Shown here piece by piece: positions 34,401 through 36,590 of a DNA stretch of 36,590 nucleotides (its first letter is position 1; every line of letters begins with the position of its first letter). Made by a program: the position numbers and the translations under genes. A model generated the notes under the pieces. That model saw only the letters and a program-made list of their open reading frames with translations, made no database searches and was not told the DNA's origin. The DNA comes from Lenisia limosa (taxonomy: Eukaryota; Protista; Breviatea). The stretch lies in assembly GCA_001655205.1 (NCBI GenBank), contig LPNZ01007618.1, positions 1-36,590 on the forward strand. Reading direction: 5' to 3'.

Positions 34401-36590
34401 CCGAGTGCACAGTACTGGTGGGCTGTTCTATCGATTGTTTTTGTTATTTATAAATTATTTAGCATACATTTGCTGAACCTGCTTCTTGTGTCGACTTCGC
34501 TTGTTTATGTTGTATTCATTTATTTTCATCTCATATTCATATTTTTATTCAGTTCAGTTGGCCATTGCTATCATATTTGAGCACATTATATTCTAAGAAA
34601 CCTTTTTCCTTCTCCTCTCCAGCTATATATTAACCCTCCAGTTGGCTCCACCTGTACCTTCATGTGCCAATAATATTTTCTTCTTCTCTTGGTTATTATC
34701 CACCAGTTGGCTACACCTGCACCTTCATGACGGCCTCGGACGACGGCAGTGACTTCTGGCTTGACGGCGTCAGAATTGTTGGCTTTATGGGAAGGGGGGT
34801 GCTGCATTATGTTGTTCTCTTGAGGAATGTGATCGGTTCTGTGTTTTCCATGTTTCCTCCATTTCATTAATCTTTATGTGACACACGACAGGTTGACAAT
34901 GACGGATTGCATGGCACTGTCACTGTTTGGTCCAGGTGGGAGCCCATATACCATCTATGATCGTTAATATGCTACTTTGATGATATATTTTGAGATTTGC
35001 TCCAAAATAGTATGGTGTTCTATCTATGAAATACTGTGGGACGATATCATATCGTAAAAGTATTAGGGGTGTTATATTTAATATTCCTTATTTTTGTGTG
35101 TATATTTCATCATTTACATAGCAATAGGGAATATATACCTTTTTTATTATTATATCTATGTGTCTATATTGCGTCACCATTACAGCTCCGTCTATGTGTC
35201 ACCAGGCCATCATGAAATTGCGGTTCACATGTTCGAGAAGGGTGGTGGAAACACACTCACTGTAGGTGGGATTCACTGAACTATCGGTGAACAACAGTAA
35301 CATTGCGGGGCGGATTTCACTGTCATCATTAACCGCAAATTGGAAATAATCCCGAGGGTGGTGGCTTTGGTGTTTGGTTCACTTGACATTTAATATTTTA
35401 TAGGTTCTGTTTTGTTTTTTTATTCATTTCTCGAGGTGTTGATCCTTTCAGGTGCAATATTCCTGTTCAGGTCTTGGTTCCGGCCTAATTCCAGATAGCT
35501 TCTTTTCCTACTCCGGTAAGTTAGAGACAACCTTTCTGACTGTATCGCGTTGGGCCCTGATGACTTTGTGTATTTCACACCTTCATTGGGAAGCGCCTTT
35601 GAACGGTTTACATTCTCGTCTCACAGTTAACTGTTCTGGCTCTCACAGTTTTGTCCAGTTATTTAACAGTATTGTTACTCAGAAACTTCCTTATTTGGTA
35701 TATAAATTAGAAACCTTCCTGTTGACCAACCAACTAACTCCCCACCCCCCAGTTGTCTCCGAGCGGCACCTCATCAAAACGCCTGCAGTGTCGATCACTT
35801 CCAACGCAGCCACTCTTGGTGCCCATTTCACTGATGTCCTTGGAACTGTGCATGATGTTGCGTCTAGTGTAGGCCTCGGAATTACGCTTTATTCCGTACT
35901 GATATGACACTTCAAGTGTTGTCAGATGGCCGTTCATCAGCCTTTCAGATTTCATGTTGTGAAATGCTGCATATTCTGCAGCATTTTCAGTCATTTTCCA
36001 TCACTAAACTGTAATACAGCTTGTTTATCACTCAAAAAAACCTACAATAACGATCTCAGGCCCCTGCTCTCGAGGACGAAATTTCTATCGAAGTCAGCAA
36101 AGTCGGAAATACGGTCACTGTCAAAAACCAGGGTGCCACGCTTTCCAGTAAAACCTTGACATCGACACTGGCCAGATCCATTGTAGGCGGTCAAGTATAA
36201 TTAAGACTGTTTATGGTACAAATCATTTATCTTTTTACGTTTTGTTTTTTTTTCACATGTTGTTATACATCTTCATCATATTTGACCACAGGACCCACCA
36301 AAAGTATGGTCTCTTTTATGNNNNNNNNNNNNNNNNNNNNNNNNNNNNNNNNNNNNNNNNNNNNNNNNNNNNNNNNNNNNNNNNNNNNNNNNNNNNNNNN
36401 NNNNNNNNNNNNNNNNNNNTCGGTAGGACCCGTCATATTTCGGTGTTGGCCAAGTCGGGTCTCTCTCAGATGTTGTAATCTATAACAGTGCAACCAAAAC
36501 TTGTAACGGTTGGGGGTGGGGGATTCAGGAATATCATTGATTGGATGAAAGAAAGTGTATTATTATTTTTTTTTGGGGGGGGGGGGTGTA
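16404..36590 (+). CDS. Integrin alpha-like FG-GAP mosaic protein, >60 exons, 3'-incomplete (SP-N domain-CTLD-7xFG-GAP-fibro-slime-CTLD-EGF-LamG-PA14-...)
   Basis: Starts MIIWQLSSFLCALFCLALLPFSTTA. Phase-consistent exons traced to 36194 (APALEDEISIEV...IVGGQ) and probably beyond. No stop, TM or GFFKR seen in the window, so alpha identity rests on the 7 FG-GAP repeats and adjacency to the beta gene. Confidence 0.82.
16923..16972 (+). repeat. Left terminal inverted repeat of the Tc1 element
   Basis: Near-perfect reverse complement of 18472-18519; differences are limited to a short central stretch. Confidence 0.9.
17070..18184 (-). pseudogene. Decayed Tc1-family transposase
   Basis: NGRPRTT, VMWTDESKFQLF..DGNARVWR, GGGRVLVWG, IFQQDNAPKHTAK, EWPAQSPDLNPIEHAW. 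In-frame TAG at 18058-18056, a frameshift near 17645 and apparent introns. The 5' end lies in an N gap. Confidence 0.88.
18472..18519 (-). repeat. Right terminal inverted repeat of the Tc1 element
   Basis: Reverse complement CATAAGTAATGGCAAAAAGTTTCTTCATAACTTTTCCTAAAATAGGTC matches 16923-16972. Confidence 0.9.
19833..21042 (+). CDS. C-type lectin domain 1 (N-terminal to the propeller)
   Basis: CPTGSDPCYIHITTAMTYNAAVEYCHSS|GWFLAMPSS..|SYIGL..WSWDT..WFNWDTGYP|(gap)VTIDSAGNWRDAGC|DASLPFTCE. Confidence 0.85.
21243..25552 (+). CDS. Seven FG-GAP repeats (integrin alpha beta-propeller)
   Basis: MGSAL..DVNGDGIEDLVVGA; FGYSL..DINGDGLDDLLVGSP; YGQAV..DISGNGLVDYFVSTP; FGRSL..DVTGDGVKDLIVGAP; FGF..(gap)..AVGAP; FGFSL..DFDKNGIPDLVVSAP; FGFGV..DINKNGYSDLAVGS. 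Confidence 0.9.
23144..23255. repeat. Degenerate (TA)n low-complexity tract in an intron
   Basis: TATATATGATATATAC... directly visible; similar shorter tracts near 560-612 and 3517-3607. Confidence 0.8.
25838..29062 (+). CDS. Fibro-slime / PA14-type domain
   Basis: AVIRDFN..HHDFE, WYLD, FFAAD, HNFGFTSEINSDFVYRGGEEFFFSGDDDVWVFINNK, YNFDMFHAERHTTASNFEITTS: the signature motifs of the fibro-slime family (Dictyostelium PsiA-like proteins and bacteria). Confidence 0.88.
29595..30852 (+). CDS. C-type lectin domain 2 with EPN motif
   Basis: CYTFH..SQ|SEATCLGIGGHLASVHSAELN|WAHIGASDTVSEGNFVWTD|WEAFEPNDLSG|SEDCVAI..YWKDVSC..FICR. Confidence 0.87.
31033..32263 (+). CDS. EGF / laminin-type EGF repeats
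   Basis: GGCTNGICEGDNTCLCAKGFIGEKC; GECVCRNCFFGDTC; CTGHGTCASSTGLCSCSSNFFGDSCSECKSGFIGPDC. Confidence 0.85.
32413..33460 (+). CDS. Laminin G / concanavalin-like domain
   Basis: AAFRLSAELLP..IVALG..LNTWQTVELVFEDDVLSILVNN..IHVGG resembles the LamG3 pattern (N.W.HV..V.D....LYVNG..L.IGG). Confidence 0.6.
33876..35515 (+). CDS. PA14 domain
   Basis: GLLREEY..SRIASNIN..DHFLLRYLGQIRVHST.GYTCTFMTASDDGSDFWLDGVRIVDNDGLHG..GHHEIAVHMFEKGGG..LIPDSFF. Confidence 0.88.

Noticed and set aside
1-36590. Treating the supplied six-frame ORFs as independent small genes
   Set aside because: Most are exon-plus-intron read-throughs, antisense shadows or artefacts of N runs; the spliced models explain the coding parts.
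1-36590. CRISPR arrays, rRNA/tRNA genes or prokaryotic operon structure
   Set aside because: No regularly spaced repeats or RNA-gene signatures were seen; the sequence is spliceosomal-intron-rich.

Overview
Intron-rich eukaryotic genomic DNA, probably a non-metazoan protist (inferred from domain content). Two large genes lie head-to-head, with start codons at 15813 (-) and 16404 (+), 590 nt apart. (1) Minus strand, 2607-15813: an integrin beta-like gene of about 55 exons, assembled by eye. It encodes a signal peptide, PSI, hybrid, betaI/vWA domain (MIDAS DLSTS), about 20 integrin-type EGF modules, a second PSI-like module, a TM helix and a tail with RREF..W..ENSLY..NPLY. (2) Plus strand, from 16404 past the window end: an integrin alpha-like gene of over 60 exons. 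It encodes a signal peptide, an N-terminal domain, a C-type lectin, seven FG-GAP repeats, fibro-slime/PA14, a second C-type lectin (EPN), EGF repeats, a LamG-like domain and PA14. Its TM/GFFKR end is not in the window. Intron 2 of the alpha gene holds a decayed 1.6-kb Tc1 element (TA TSD, ~50-bp TIRs) whose transposase appears to contain introns. Bases 1-2545 hold unresolved coding-like fragments. N gaps hide a few exons. All gene models are manual; no searches were run.
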